DNA from: Malacoraja senta
Taxonomy: Eukaryota
Length of the DNA stretch: 64,000 nt
Reading direction: 5' to 3'
Assembly (NCBI GenBank): GCA_038087875.1
Contig: JAXLNO010000587.1
Span: 1 to 64,000, forward strand
A model generated the notes under the pieces. The model ran no database searches. It worked only from the letters and a program-made list of their open reading frames with translations, and had not been told where the DNA came from. Within the stretch, counting starts at the first letter, position 1; each line of letters begins with the position of its first letter. The position numbers and the translations under genes were made by a program. Below, one piece after another: positions 26,490 to 42,496 of this stretch.

Positions 26490-27712
26490 CTAGCAAAAGA
26501 CCAAGTCTTTATGGTGAAGATCAGTTGCTAGCTGTATAATCAGTAGCATCATCATACTCCTCAGATTGTAACCAATAAGCAACTCTGTACACCTTGTTTT
26601 TCCTCAACTTTTCAATTTTGGCATTGTAAACTACAAGTTTTTGCTCTTCAAACCATGCATGACATGCCTTTCTGCCGACTACTTACCCATTAAGAATGTC
26701 CTGTAGATCATCACATTTGGAGTAGTCCAAATTTGGATAATCTCTGCGAATGCTGTCTAAATCAGACCCTTTTGCTGGGCATTTGGATTGACAATTTTGC
26801 ATTTCTTCTTCGGAGACATCTGTTTAAAATGTAAAGAGAAAAAAACCCACTGAACAGCATTAACAGAAACAAATTATTATTTGCAGTTTTAGAAAAAAAG
26901 GTAGAAATGATAAAGTTAAACGGTAAAACAAATAATAAATACCCAACAAAACATTGATATTCATCAGTTTCATCAAATCAATTAAATTCATCTAATCAAT
27001 TAAATTAATCTAAATTCAATTACTAGATCTAATCTATCCATTTCTTAAGAAAAGGCTAAAAATGTTAAATAGCTTTTAAGTATCCAAATAACAAATAACA
27101 AACTGATCCCATTCACACTATAATTCACAATATAACATGATTTTTAAATCTCACTTTGTCATGAATTTATATGCCAAATGGAAGGAATTTAATGTTTAAT
27201 TCCCATAAATTAATCCAGAAACATCCACTCTCAAGATAATCAATATCATTATATTTTGCTCAATACATCTGACTAAAACTGTACTGTGGATATTTGGTAT
27301 GAAAATATTGATCATGGATAGACAATAACACAAAATATAGATTTAGATGTTCTTATGACATGATTGTACAAAAAAATAATGAATTTGATTATCTTGAGAG
27401 TGGATGTTTATGGAATGTGATCGATTGGAATGTTGCCATTGCCATAAATGTTAAGCCCATATCGGCAGGCAAGCCATGGCCGATTCGTATGGGGGCCTAA
27501 ATAACATTTTTCGCATAATAAGATTAAAATGAAACCACGCCAAATAGCAAGATAGTATGCTAAATAAATGACATACCTTTTGTTTTGTTCTGCACTTGCG
27601 ATCTGTGATGTTGAAGGCGTTGGAAGTCGCGTTTAACTTCAATCCAGCGATGCAATTGTCCAGCAAATTAAAAAAAAAAACGGGAACGGAAGCGCGAGCG
27701 ATTTTTCTTCAT
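26490..27712 (-). pseudogene. Decayed two-exon transposon-borne gene with C-terminal Spin/Ssty (Tudor)-like domain
   Basis: Exon 1 27712-27577 (ATG, donor AG|gtatgt, phase 1). Exon 2 26819-26490 (polypyrimidine acceptor ...ttttaaacag, phase-compatible). Two in-frame stops and one frameshift. Confidence 0.6.
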
Positions 27713-28229
27713 CAGCTAGCAGCCCGAGGAAATCCCTCTCCGACAACCTATACAAACCTGCATTTTAATCCCCCCCTCCCCCCCAAAGCCTCCGGTAGGT
27801 TTTGTAACAACGCTACACAATGCTTTGAAAAGTCTTGCAACGCTGCCATATAAAATCATTTGAAAGACGCTAACTTCATTCAATTACATTATTGACCGCC
27901 CTGATTAAAGTTGCAACGTATTGGGTAAGAATTTACACATTGCACAAGAAGTGAAATTTCAATAACCATTATTGACAACATTATTTTTGAAACATGCATA
28001 TTATATGTATTAATGTCCCAATCTTCTGAAAACTTGACTCATGGCTGGCATCACCTTGTTAATAATGATTGTTCTGTGAATCTGTAATTTATAGCTCATA
28101 ATGACCTCGGATAAGTATAATTATGGTCCTTATCACATCCCTTATGGACCTTGTTGCTCCCTCTACTATTATGCTTTCTTCTTCAAGCATTTTGTCTCAT
28201 TATATAACTCCTTTCTAAATTTGCACATC

Positions 28230-28548
28230 TTTAGTTTAGTTTACAGATACAGTGTGGAAACAGGCCCTTTGGTCCAGCCCATTGATCAACCGTTCTCACT
28301 AGTTCTATGTTATCTCACTTTCTCATCCACTCCCTTTATACTTGGGAGGCAATTTACAGAGGGCCAATTAACCTACAAACGCCCCATGTCTTTTAGAATG
28401 TTAGGATGTGGGAGGAAACCGAAGCACCCAGAGCTCACTGAGAGAACATGCAAACTCCGCACACAGCCCCTCGTCAAGTCAAGATCAAACCCAGGACTAT
28501 GGTGCTCTGAGACAGCAGCTCTACCAGCTGTGCAATTATGCCGCCCTG
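28230..28548 (-). mobile_element. tRNA-derived SINE (HE1-like)
   Basis: Reverse complement of the same SINE family. Confidence 0.75.
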
Positions 28549-29046
28549 CTCCACTTGAATTTCTCTTCACAAACCAGCTGGTAACTCTTTAAACTCTGTC
28601 CCAGCTCCCATTACTCTGAAATGTCACTCCTCATCATCCTACCCACGCACCACGTTCACTCCATTGACTTTTCCTGCACACTTTTTTAAAAAGGCAATTG
28701 CATAATTTTCTTAGTTGATGTAGCCTCTCCATACCTATTACCTTAATCCAGATAAAACCACTTCCAATCACTTATATCTCACCACACAATCCTCTTCCTC
28801 CTAACCTCAGACTTTGTTCCAGGACTAAATGTTATCCTTTATCTCATTTTAAATAATACTTTTGACTGCGTGGCCTGTGGACTATATTTTTTCTATTAAA
28901 TATATCCTTGCCTCTCTATCTTTCGACAGTCTTATTTTCATCCTTGCTATCTAGTATTTTCTCATTTTACCAACTGGCACTTTATATATGCACACCTCTG
29001 TCCTGACTCATGCACCATCAGCATATCCAAGGTCCCAGATTACACA

Positions 29047-29318
29047 AGGGCGTCACGGTGGTGCAGCAGTGGAGTTGCTGCCTTAAAGCGCCAGCGACCC
29101 GGGTTCAATCCTGATTACAGGTGGTGTCTGTATACAGTTTGTACATTCTCCCCGTGACCGCATGGGATTTCCCTCCCACACAGGTTTGTACGTCAATTAT
29201 CTTCGGTAAAGATTGTAATTTATACCTAGTGTGTAGAGTAGTGCTAGAGTACGGGGATCACTGTTGGCGTGGGGGCCGAAGGGCCTGTTCTGCTCTGTAT
29301 CTCTAAACTGAACTAAAC
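29047..29318 (+). mobile_element. tRNA-derived SINE (HE1-like)
   Basis: A/B boxes and (CTAAA)n tail. Confidence 0.8.
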
Positions 29319-30360
29319 ACTCCCATTGAGGGCATCTATATAATTCTCCTCTGTTATTATTTACTTGCACCTGAAATGTCACCTATCCACGTACTCCAGG
29401 GATGCTGCCTGACCCACTGAGACACTCCAGCATTTTGTGTCCTCTAGTATATGTTTGTTGTAAACAGGTTTTTTATAATTTGTACTGCTTGTGTATCTGA
29501 TTGTAGAAGACTGTTATAACAGCCTGCATTTCATGGAAATGATGTCAGAAATTACTAGCAAACCCCCTTGTGTATCTATTGCTATGTTCCCACAAAGACA
29601 TAAGCCAGAGCATTATCTTGGGCAGGACATCCACAAGCATTGGTTTGACCTTTACCTCTAGGATCCAAAATGCAGAGGAGTTGATGTTCATTCTCAGCTA
29701 AATAAAGTTGATTGTGTTTTTACAACTTTTATCCTCTCTTGTCATTGTCAATATATACATATAATAGGTTGTTATTACTGCATCAAAAAACAGGGAAGCC
29801 AAATGTTTGCGCTGAACTGAAAGCAACACTAGGATTGTCTTTGCCCGAGAGAAGAATCATTGTAACAACTGCACATCATTTTATTATCACATGCATATGA
29901 CATGTGTATTCAAAATTATCCATGTATTTGAAGATTGTGGCCTTTTTAAAATATGTACAATTATGCATAGATGCTGAAAGATTAATGCCATGACACAATA
30001 ATACATAATTATTTGGGTATTCTGCATTTTTTCAAACTGTATATTTTAACCCAATGTCCATTTTGGTTCTTATCCTTGAATAGCTTTTATTAGTTTGTTT
30101 TGCAAATTAATGGCAATTAGTGTTCTGTGGTCATTACACACTGAATTTGCATAACAATATATTTGTATGTATTATTTATGAGGATTAACAATTTTTATAA
30201 GAGGGATAACCCTGGTAGTGCAGCTAGTATGTCTTGTGACAAGGAAAGATATGGGAAGAGACTTGATTTTTTTTTGAAGGCATAGGTTGATTGTTTTTCC
30301 TAATTCAAGCTTTTTCTTGCCTTTTTTGCTTCTGTATGTTAACCCACTAAAACTAATCTT

Positions 30361-30589
30361 AGAGTAGAAACAAGGAACTACAGCTGCTGCTTTACACAAA
30401 AGGACACAAAGTGCTGGAGTAACTCAGTAAGTCAAGCAGCATCTCTGGAGAACATCAATAGGTAACGTTTCGGGTTGGCACCCTTCTTCAGTCTTGTGCA
30501 TGGTTGAGACCTTTCAACCCGAAACATCACCTATCCATGTTCTCCAGAGATGCTACTTGACTTGCTGAGTTACTCCAGCACTTTGTGTC
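30361..30589. mobile_element. Inverted-pair Penelope-derived short insertion
   Basis: Two inverted arms; 12-bp TSD AAAACTAATCTT at 30349-30360 and 30590-30601. Confidence 0.8.
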
Positions 30590-31317
30590 AAAACTAATCT
30601 TGTTTTGTTCATCTGGAACACACTGCCAGGGGTGGCGGTGAAGACTGATACGACAGAGGCTTTTGAGAGGCTTACACGGGGAATGGAAGGATATGGATTG
30701 CATGTAGGCAAACGAGATTGGTTTATCTTGGCATCATGGTCGGTACGGACATTGTGGGCCGAAGAACGTGTTTCTCTGCTGTTCTGTTCTATCTATTGAG
30801 AATGGAAATACATATATTTTGAATATTATCTCTAACCAGCATCTGCAGTTCCTTCCTACATATATCTGTGCAAGGTTTTTTTGGGACTGGCTTTTTTAAA
30901 GAAATATCAACTTTAAACAATACTCCTTATTGGGGTTTAAGAAGGAACTGCAGATGCTGGAAAATCAAAGGTAGACAATGCTGGAGAAACTCAGTGGGTG
31001 AGGCAGCATCTACGGAGAGAAGGAAATAGGCAACGTTTTCGGGCCGAAACCCTTCGACCCGAAACGTTGCCTATTTCCTTCGCTCCATAGATGCTGCCTC
31101 ACCCGCTGAGTTTCTCCAGCATTTTTGTCTACCTCCTTATTGGAGTGGCTGTTCTTATTGTGGAAGGTCTGAGCAAATATTTGTATGGAATACCACTGAT
31201 CTAAAGTCCCAATTGCATGTCTTGAGATTTTAATGTTTAAGTGATACAAGGATCTTCAATCTGATAAATGTATTAAGTTTACGCCAATATAATCCTGAAA
31301 AAATATTAGTGACTTTA

Positions 31318-31319
<2 letters not shown>

Positions 31320-31358
<39 letters not shown>

Positions 31359-31875
31359 GTCTCGTGTATCGAGGTACAGTGAAAAGCTTTTTTGGAGCGT
31401 GCTATCGAGACTGCAAAAAGACTGCATGATTACAATCAAGCTGTTCACAGTCTACAGATACAGGATAAAGGGTATAACATTTAGTGCAAGGTAAAGTCCG
31501 ATTTAAAAAAAATAGTTCTAAGGTCTCCAATGAGGTAGCAGGGAGGTCAGGACAGCTCTCTAGTTGTTGAGAGGACAATTCAGTTGCCTGATAACAGCTT
31601 GGAAGAAGCTGTCCCTGAATCGGGAGGTGTGCATTTTCAAACTTCTGTACCTCTAGCCTAATGGGAGAGGGAAGAAAGGGTAGTGACTGGGGTGAGATTG
31701 GTACTTGATAATGCTGACGGCCTTGCCGAGGCAGCATAAAGTGTGGATGGAGTCAATGGAAAGGAGGTTGGTTTGCCTGATGGACTGGGCTGAGTCCACA
31801 ACGCTGCAATTGTGGTCTTGGAAGGGGCTGTTCCCAAACCATGCTGTGATGCATCCTGATAAAATGCTTTCTACT
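31320..31875 (-). mobile_element. Rex1/Babar-type LINE 3' fragment with (TTA)n tail
   Basis: Same family as 965-1410; (TTA)n at ~31320-31358. Confidence 0.75.
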
Positions 31876-32794
31876 TAGTTTGGAGTTGGCTCCCAGAAAA
31901 TTCCCATCGAACATATGCTTATTTCCATGCAGTCTTTCTTTCCCATGTGCCCATTAACTCGCCTTGATTCTTCCATGTACCCTAAACCAGAGGTAACTTG
32001 CAAAAGACAATTAAGCTACCAATCAGCAGATATTTTGATATGCTTGAGAAAACTGGAGCCTTCTGCAGCAATCCATGTGATCATAGGGAGAACATGCCAA
32101 CTCCACACAGAGCATTCAAGGTTCAGAGCAAAACCAGGAGTTGAGGCAGCAGCACTGCTGCTGTGCATTGTTGTATGCACAACACACTACAAATAACTAA
32201 AAATAAAATGGAACTTGCCATATGCTTATCCCTTTTCACCTCTTGTGGAAATCATTTGACTTGCATTGTTTTTGTAATGTTGCAAATGATCTGTGGACAT
32301 ATTCTCCATTTTAAATGCTGGAGAATCTCAGAACTTAGTCTGCTGTAGGAATCTAGCAGTGGAGAAGATCCAGGATATAGTTGGCTCAACTTGGTCAGTG
32401 ATTGTGACACTTTTGTATCTTGTGTAGGTCCCAGAATATATGTTTTTGGTAAATTGGTGCGAGCTAGATTTATTCAGGTTACGAAATTTTGTAATGAGGG
32501 GGAATACGTTGTTATTTTTAACAAATTTTTTGATAGCACAAATTAAAAAATAGTCAAGAAGTAACAAGGTCAGGTGGAAACAAAGAACTGCAGATGCTGG
32601 TTTACCAATGAAAGATGCACACTGTTGGAGTAACTCAGTGGGTCAGGCAGCATCTCTGGAGAACATGAACAGGTGACATTTGGGTCAGGATTCTTCTTCA
32701 GACTGGACAAGGTCATTTAATGGTTTTCCCAGGGCAGGGTTGTCCAGAACTAGAGAGCACAGGTTTAAGGCAGGGGGGAGAAATTTAAAAGAGA

Positions 32795-32968
32795 TTAGAC
32801 CAAGTAGGATCCATTGGGTCCCGTACCCTCAACGCGCGGTTGCGGGGGGGGAGGCGCACACACTAACCACCCCCCTTGAAATTATACTAATATTATTAAT
32901 TCGCTCCTTTTACCCCATCCCCGCCCTATCCACTCACGCATGGCCCCCAACTTGCAGGCGCGGCATTT
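32795..32968 (-). mobile_element. Possible Helitron 3' terminal fragment
   Basis: Minus strand reads GGACCC-AAT-GGATCC hairpin, then tacttggtCTAA|T. It interrupts a CR1 remnant. Confidence 0.4.
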
Positions 32969-34064
32969 AGACAACTACTTGGATAGAAAAAGCATAATGA
33001 ATGCGAGCAAATAGGTTTAGAGAGGATGGGCATTGTAGTCACCATGGTTGATGGGAGCTAACAGGGTACATTTCTATGCTGTATAATTTTATGACTCATC
33101 AATTTTGTCATTGAAGCAGATGCATTGGTTTGCAAAATCACTGTTCAGTTAAACCCATTTTTAAAAGAACTATCTATACAAAATAAATGTTCACAGAAAC
33201 AATCTCTGATTTTGGAATCAGAGGGAAGATTACAGAATTTGAAAAAAAACACTGAAAAACCTTTCGGAGGCACATTCAGGCTCATACCCGAGAATGTTTC
33301 ATCTTCAAAGGCCACAAACTCACCATAGATTGTAATTTTGATCTTTGGGGAATATTTGAGGACTGTGGTGCAAAGAATCCAAATATTGGGTTAAGTCACA
33401 GATGAAAAGTTATAAGCACTGAAACTTCGCTTTGAAGTTTATCAGAAAACTGCTTTGAAAGTTCTTTTTTTTTTTAAATGCCAGCTTTAGCTGTTTTTCT
33501 GGATCGACCTATGTTCATTCAATTTAATGAAATTAATCTGCAATATTAAATGTTTTTAAGCCTAATTATTTGGCACATCACCTCTCCAAGGATGTCTGTA
33601 AATTGCTCTCTGCTGGATAGCACATTGACTAGTCCCCAGGTACAGATCGGGTGCTGGGTCTTTTAAGCTGGGTATGATGAGTGCCATGTTGTTGTTTAGT
33701 CATTAGCCTGAGGGACTCGTGCAGCTTCTTAATAGCACTAGTTTCAGCAACAGCCAGCGACTCAAACAACATGTTTATTTCACATCTTTCTGCGCTCAGC
33801 TGCTCCATGGCAAAGGATTGAGAGATGCCCGCAAGACACAGAAAGCTTTCTATGTAGGAGGGAATTGCAGATGCTGGTTTAAACAGAAGATTGACACAAA
33901 AAGCTGGAGTAACTCAGTGGGTCAGACAGCATTTCTGGAGAAAAGGAATAGGTGATGTTTCGGGTTGAGACCCTTTTTCAGACTGAGTCAACAAAATGAT
34001 GCTAAATTTCTAAATTTAAGACCAGCTTTGTACAACCCTTTCTCATAAAGCTGCTAACTCACAG

Positions 34065-34347
34065 AACCTGGGTTCGATCCTGCTCATGTGTGCTGTCTGT
34101 GTGGAGTTTGCATGTTCTCCCTGTGACCACGTGTGTTTTCTCTGGGTGCTCTGGTTTCCACCCGCATTCCAAAGATGTCTGGGTTTGTAGGTTAATTGGC
34201 CTGTGTAAATTGGTCCGATGTATAGGGAGTGGGTGAGAAAGTGGGATAACAGAACTAGTGTGAGTAGTCCAACAATCGATGATTGTTGGTTTGGACTCAG
34301 TGGGCTGAAGGGCCTGTTTCCGTGCTGTATCTCTAAACTAAACTAAA
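34065..34347 (+). mobile_element. tRNA-derived SINE (HE1-like)
   Basis: B-box gggttcgatcc and (CTAAA)n tail. Confidence 0.8.
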
Positions 34348-35464
34348 ATTATAAATTATACTAACTTTCAGTCAAAATCCACCTTGCACAGGATATCAGG
34401 AATTTATATTTCAGAACGAGTTCATGAATTTAGAGTGCCAATGCAATAATGAAAGCAAAATTACCCACTTTGATCCTATTTTCCAGCTCTCTGCTCTTAG
34501 CGCTGTAGGCTCAAATGATCATCTTAAGTATTTTTAAATGTAACGATGGCATTTGTATCCACCATCCTTTCCATGAAATAATTCTGGAATGTCACCACCC
34601 TCTGAGTCGGAAAAAAATATTCTGCTCAACTTCCTTTTAATCATCCTGCTAAAGCAAATAATGTGCAATGTTCTCATCGCCCCAATACCAGTTCCCAGCA
34701 GTTCCTCTTCCATAGACCCGCTGAGATCAGATTGTGAAAGATGACTGACACCTTCAAAGACTGTATTTATTCAGTCCACCTTATTCAGAACCTATAAGCT
34801 GTTGACCACATTCTCAATGGTAGAATGCAAGGTTCAAATGCCAGCATTTTAAAGAAGGTCCTCCATGCTCTTGGTCAAGGAGCAAAAACTCTTATGCAGG
34901 AAACTGCTGCAATCTTCTGTGGGGTGACGCAGTGGTAGAGTTGCTGCCTTATAGCGCCAAGGACCCGGGTTCAAACTTGACCTCGGCTGCTGTCTGTATG
35001 GAGTTTGTACCCTGTGACCACGTGGGTTTTCTCCGGGTGTTCTGGTTTCCTCCCACATTCCAATGATGTGCAGGTTTGTATTTTAATTTTTAATTCTTCC
35101 ATTGCAGTCAGATCCTCTGCAGCAAGTATAAAATAATTGGTTCATCATAGTGAAAAGTACGATGTTTCTCCTCTGAAATTTGAAGAATTTGTTGCTGTGA
35201 AGGACATGGAAGACTTCAAATTCCTATTTGTGTAGCGCTCATCATAACCTCTGGTCCATGTAACCAAAAAAATATTTTTGTGTAGTCACTGGTGCGATGG
35301 AAACCATAGCAATCAGATTGCATACATCAAACTTACACAAGCAGCAATGTGAGAATGACTAGATAGACTGTCATAAGTATTGGCTAGGACATTAGATGAG
35401 TATCTCCCTGCTCTTTACCAAAATTATGTGGCGCTAATGTCCACAATAGAGAGCAGATGCAGAA

Positions 35465-35960
35465 TTTGGTTTAGAATTATTATTGTCACATGGACCGAGG
35501 TACAGGGAAAAGTTTTATTTTGCTTGCTATCCAAATAGATCAGATATACAGATATACCATACATAGATACAATCAAGTGAAACACAAATACTATAGGTAG
35601 AGCAAAGGGGAAGATACAGAGTGCAGAATACAGAGAATTGCAGTGCATGAGTTCCGGAGACAAAGTTCAATATCCTCAATGCAGTATAGGTGAATCAGAC
35701 AGTACCCTAGATGAAGTAAGGACTGTTCAGAAGCCTGATAATGCAGGAGAAGAAGTTGTTTATGACTCTGGTGATACATGCTTTCAAGCTTCTGTACCTT
35801 CTGCCGGACAGAAGCAGTGAGAAGAAGGAATGATCGGGGTGGGACAAGTCTTTTGTTTCCCCGAGACAGTGTGAAGTGTAGATAGCGTCAATGGTGGGAA
35901 TTCTGGACTGTGTGATGAACTGGGTTACATCTACAACTCTCTGCAATTTCTTGGGCTGTC
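35465..35960 (-). mobile_element. Rex1/Babar-type LINE 3' fragment
   Basis: Peptide HPDHSFFSLLLSGRRYRSLK. Confidence 0.75.
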
Positions 35961-37289
35961 TTGGTTCAAGTTCCAGTAAAGCACTGTTTGGGGATTTTTA
36001 ATTTGTAAATAATAATTTGTGTATATTTCACACACTCAGTGCTGCTCAAGAAGCAGGTTCGGATATTGTATCACGGACAAGTCCATGATGTTGATGCAGA
36101 GTTCGATTTGATGGATCAGTAGGTTTCATCAGCAATAATTCCAGTGACTGACCTGACATTGCAACACAGATATCCTGCCCAGGTCATTCAGTGCTGGACA
36201 AGATTTGTTTAGGAACTGACCTGTAATTGGGATGGGCCATTACAACCTCCTGATTCGAACTGGAGCTTTGCCTGATTTTTTTAAATTCTGGATTGACTGG
36301 AACTACACAGCCATCTAAGAGGAAAGCACTACCAAATTAAATTAGATCGTAGGTAGTTTGGATGTTAATGAGTGATCCACATGAGGATTTGGTTTCTGAA
36401 CGGGAAGCCACAAGATGTTGAGTGAACAATCCAATTAACGTGCAGAGCCTTTGCTCAGGAACGTCGCCAGCCTTGCTGTTCCCCCATCGTATCTAGGATC
36501 GTATTCCCTGAAACTCTACTCCACTCTTGTTGCTCTCCTTCAAATTGTGTGTTTCTGTTAAAATGGAGAGAGGATCGGAATATGATTAATATAAGGATGG
36601 GTGGAGGTGGTAGTTATGCAGAGAAAAGGTGTTAATGAGATTCAAAAATGTTGAAATCTGCCTTTATTGAAAGTTGTAATGTTGCAAATGCTCAGCAGGT
36701 CAGCTATGTCTCTGGGAAAAGAAACAGAGTTAATGTTTGAGGTCAAAGTCCTTTCACAATAGGGCCAGATGGAAGATGAGGTGCTATTCCTCAAGCTCGT
36801 GTCAGGCCTTATTGTAAGCTTGCAGGAGACCACACACTGATATGTCACTTGAACCTCATCTGCTGGTCTATCAGTTGCACTGAATCAACTGTAATAGCTA
36901 TAGGTGAAAGCAAGAACACAATTCTTTTGTGAATGCACCAAAGTTCATCTTTTCAAAGTTGCCAAGTAAAAGATAGATGTTTAGGTCCGCAGTTTTCGAA
37001 GTATTTGTAGTCATATGCAATGTAAACTAAAGAGGAAACCAGCATTTTAACATTGAAGTAGGGGCTTGCTCACTGCTTCCTATTTGTGAAACAATGACTG
37101 TATGTGACTGTCAATTATTATGCCAACCTTTCATGTTCCTATCACAATGAAAATGTGCATGGCATTTCCAGCGTTGTTATTTTTGAAGAGTATTTATTTG
37201 GGTATGCCTTCCAAGGTGTATCCAGTGATTGTAATGTGTGGTAAAGGGGTCACACAGATTGGGATCTTGGTTCAGCGGTACTGAACTAA

Positions 37290-40586
<3,297 letters not shown>

Positions 40587-42496
40587 TAAGTTAGTGATCC
40601 TCAAACTTGACTACTTTGGCTCGAGATTTGGCGCCATTATGAAATCCCAGTTGTTATAGGTGTAGAGTTCTTAACCTGACCACGAAGGCCCATTGGCCTG
40701 GCGGTGTTGCAGGATGGGCCTGGGCAAGCATAGCCATTGGTGTCCTCAGCTGGGTGTGGCACTCAGGAACGACCACCTGCTGCGTGGCTCGCAGGGGTCT
40801 TGCTGGATAATGAAAGTAATTAAACAGAGCATTGAATCCCTGAATCATCATCTTTAGAGGTGGTAGAGAACACCATTAGTATTAACACCATTAGGCCAAC
40901 CCCAACATCATCAACCCAGTGCTGCTGCTAGGACCATGGGCCTTTAAGGCCAGGATAAGACTCAATATTTTTAAGAACTTGATATCTAAAAGGTGCAAGA
41001 TGGTGTCAGAATGTTTGTGTAATGTCTCATAAGAAATCTGTTTTTACACAACAATCATTGCACTCGTGTACTTCTGTATGATTCTAGTTATGTGTAGTAT
41101 GATTTTACTGGATTGTATGTAAAAAAAAAAACTATACCTAGGTACATATGACAATACAGTACTATTTGAATTATTGTGAACTGTCATCATCAGCCATTTC
41201 AGACCTCGGGAAGAGAGTATGTTCTCAGCAAAGGAAATACATGTATACCAATTTAATAATAAGGCTGGTGTCTGAGGCATTTAGCTCTTTAGTCCATTAG
41301 TTGTGCTGCATTTAAATTGATTTTAAACATTTCCTGCTATTCATTGTACTGGCAATCAGAATATCTATCATCTTTCCATTTGCTCAGAAAAAAGAATGAG
41401 GATCTTTCTTGCAGCAGTTCTTATTTGCTGGGTTTCCAGGGGCTCTTGGGACAGTGTCATCAGAGTTAACTTAATTATTCATGTAAATTCACCATCTGAT
41501 TCATGCATTGGCATGAGCACAGTTCAATTTTTATAAAATTATGAAACCGCTTTTCAACGCACAGTTCCTGGAGAGAACTTAGCAATTTGTTTGTTGTCTG
41601 CATGTGATGACAGTTACTCGATTTGCCCCAGGGACTTGTGTTGCACAAATTAAATGAAAATTTGATACGTCCATCTTCTTAGATTTAATCAAGCGTTTAT
41701 CAAAGTAAGTCTGTCATAGTTTATCACATTTTTATTTTGCTGTTGGAAAGAACAGCAGAGGCTTCAGCTCACAAGCTGTGCTCTGCCGAGAAACTGTTAT
41801 CAACCTCAACACAATTTGTATAATTTCATTGCAGTGTTTGGCAAACATAGAAAATAGCATTGCAAACATCAGATAATGTCAACTGTTCAAGTAGATGAGA
41901 CTTGTTTAGTAGCCATTTAGGTAAAACTGGCTTGGCAATAAGCTTCCTTGTAAGCTTCCCCTTATCTTTAACTTTGTCCTGTTCCAACCTGCATTGTACA
42001 AATTTTGACATTTTGCACTCTTCAAAAATCTGGCACAGTTCTGGAGTCCCCCCCTTAATCTTCTTGATCACCCATCCTTTTTATAACTCCCACGTCTTTG
42101 AGTTCCCCCCGCCACGGGTACCATGTAATCCCGTGCTACCTGCTCCATGGTCGGATAGTCGGCGACTAAACCATCTCCCCACCTGGTTTGCCAGGTGAGG
42201 AGGGGGCTGTGGATTCCCAGCAGGACAAAAAACATGACTTGTCAAAGGGCGGATGAGCTTCTAGCGAGCCAACGGCCATCCACACTTCAGTAGAAGTTGC
42301 GATCACTGTCGTACACAGCATTGTAAGGAATGATGATAAAGTGCACACACACCAAAATCCTATACTTCAGCGGCGGAAATCCACAGGAACTGGAGGACAG
42401 AGATGTGTGGTGCGTCCGTCACCGTTCCCATTGGAAACCAGCGCCACTGCGTCGCTAATGTTTTCAACGATAATGAATGAACGACGTCTTTGAATA

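Larger units (their letters stand above)
24969..27815 (-). mobile_element. Non-autonomous TIR DNA transposon with 7-bp TSD (hAT-like termini TAG...CTA)
   Basis: Left end TAGGAATGTTACAAAA versus reverse-complemented right end TAGCGTTGTTACAAAA (13/16). CACAATG duplicated at 24962-24968 and 27816-27822. Confidence 0.85.

Noticed and set aside
26686..26819. Stand-alone host exon on the minus strand (acceptor plus GG|gtaagt donor)
   Set aside because: It lies within a TIR/TSD element and protein-like sequence continues in frame past the donor. The donor coincides with the in-frame TAA and is more simply a point mutation, though its use cannot be excluded.
31230..31494. Poly-Asn and poly-Leu (signal-peptide-like) ORFs
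   Set aside because: Translation of the (TTA)n LINE tail.
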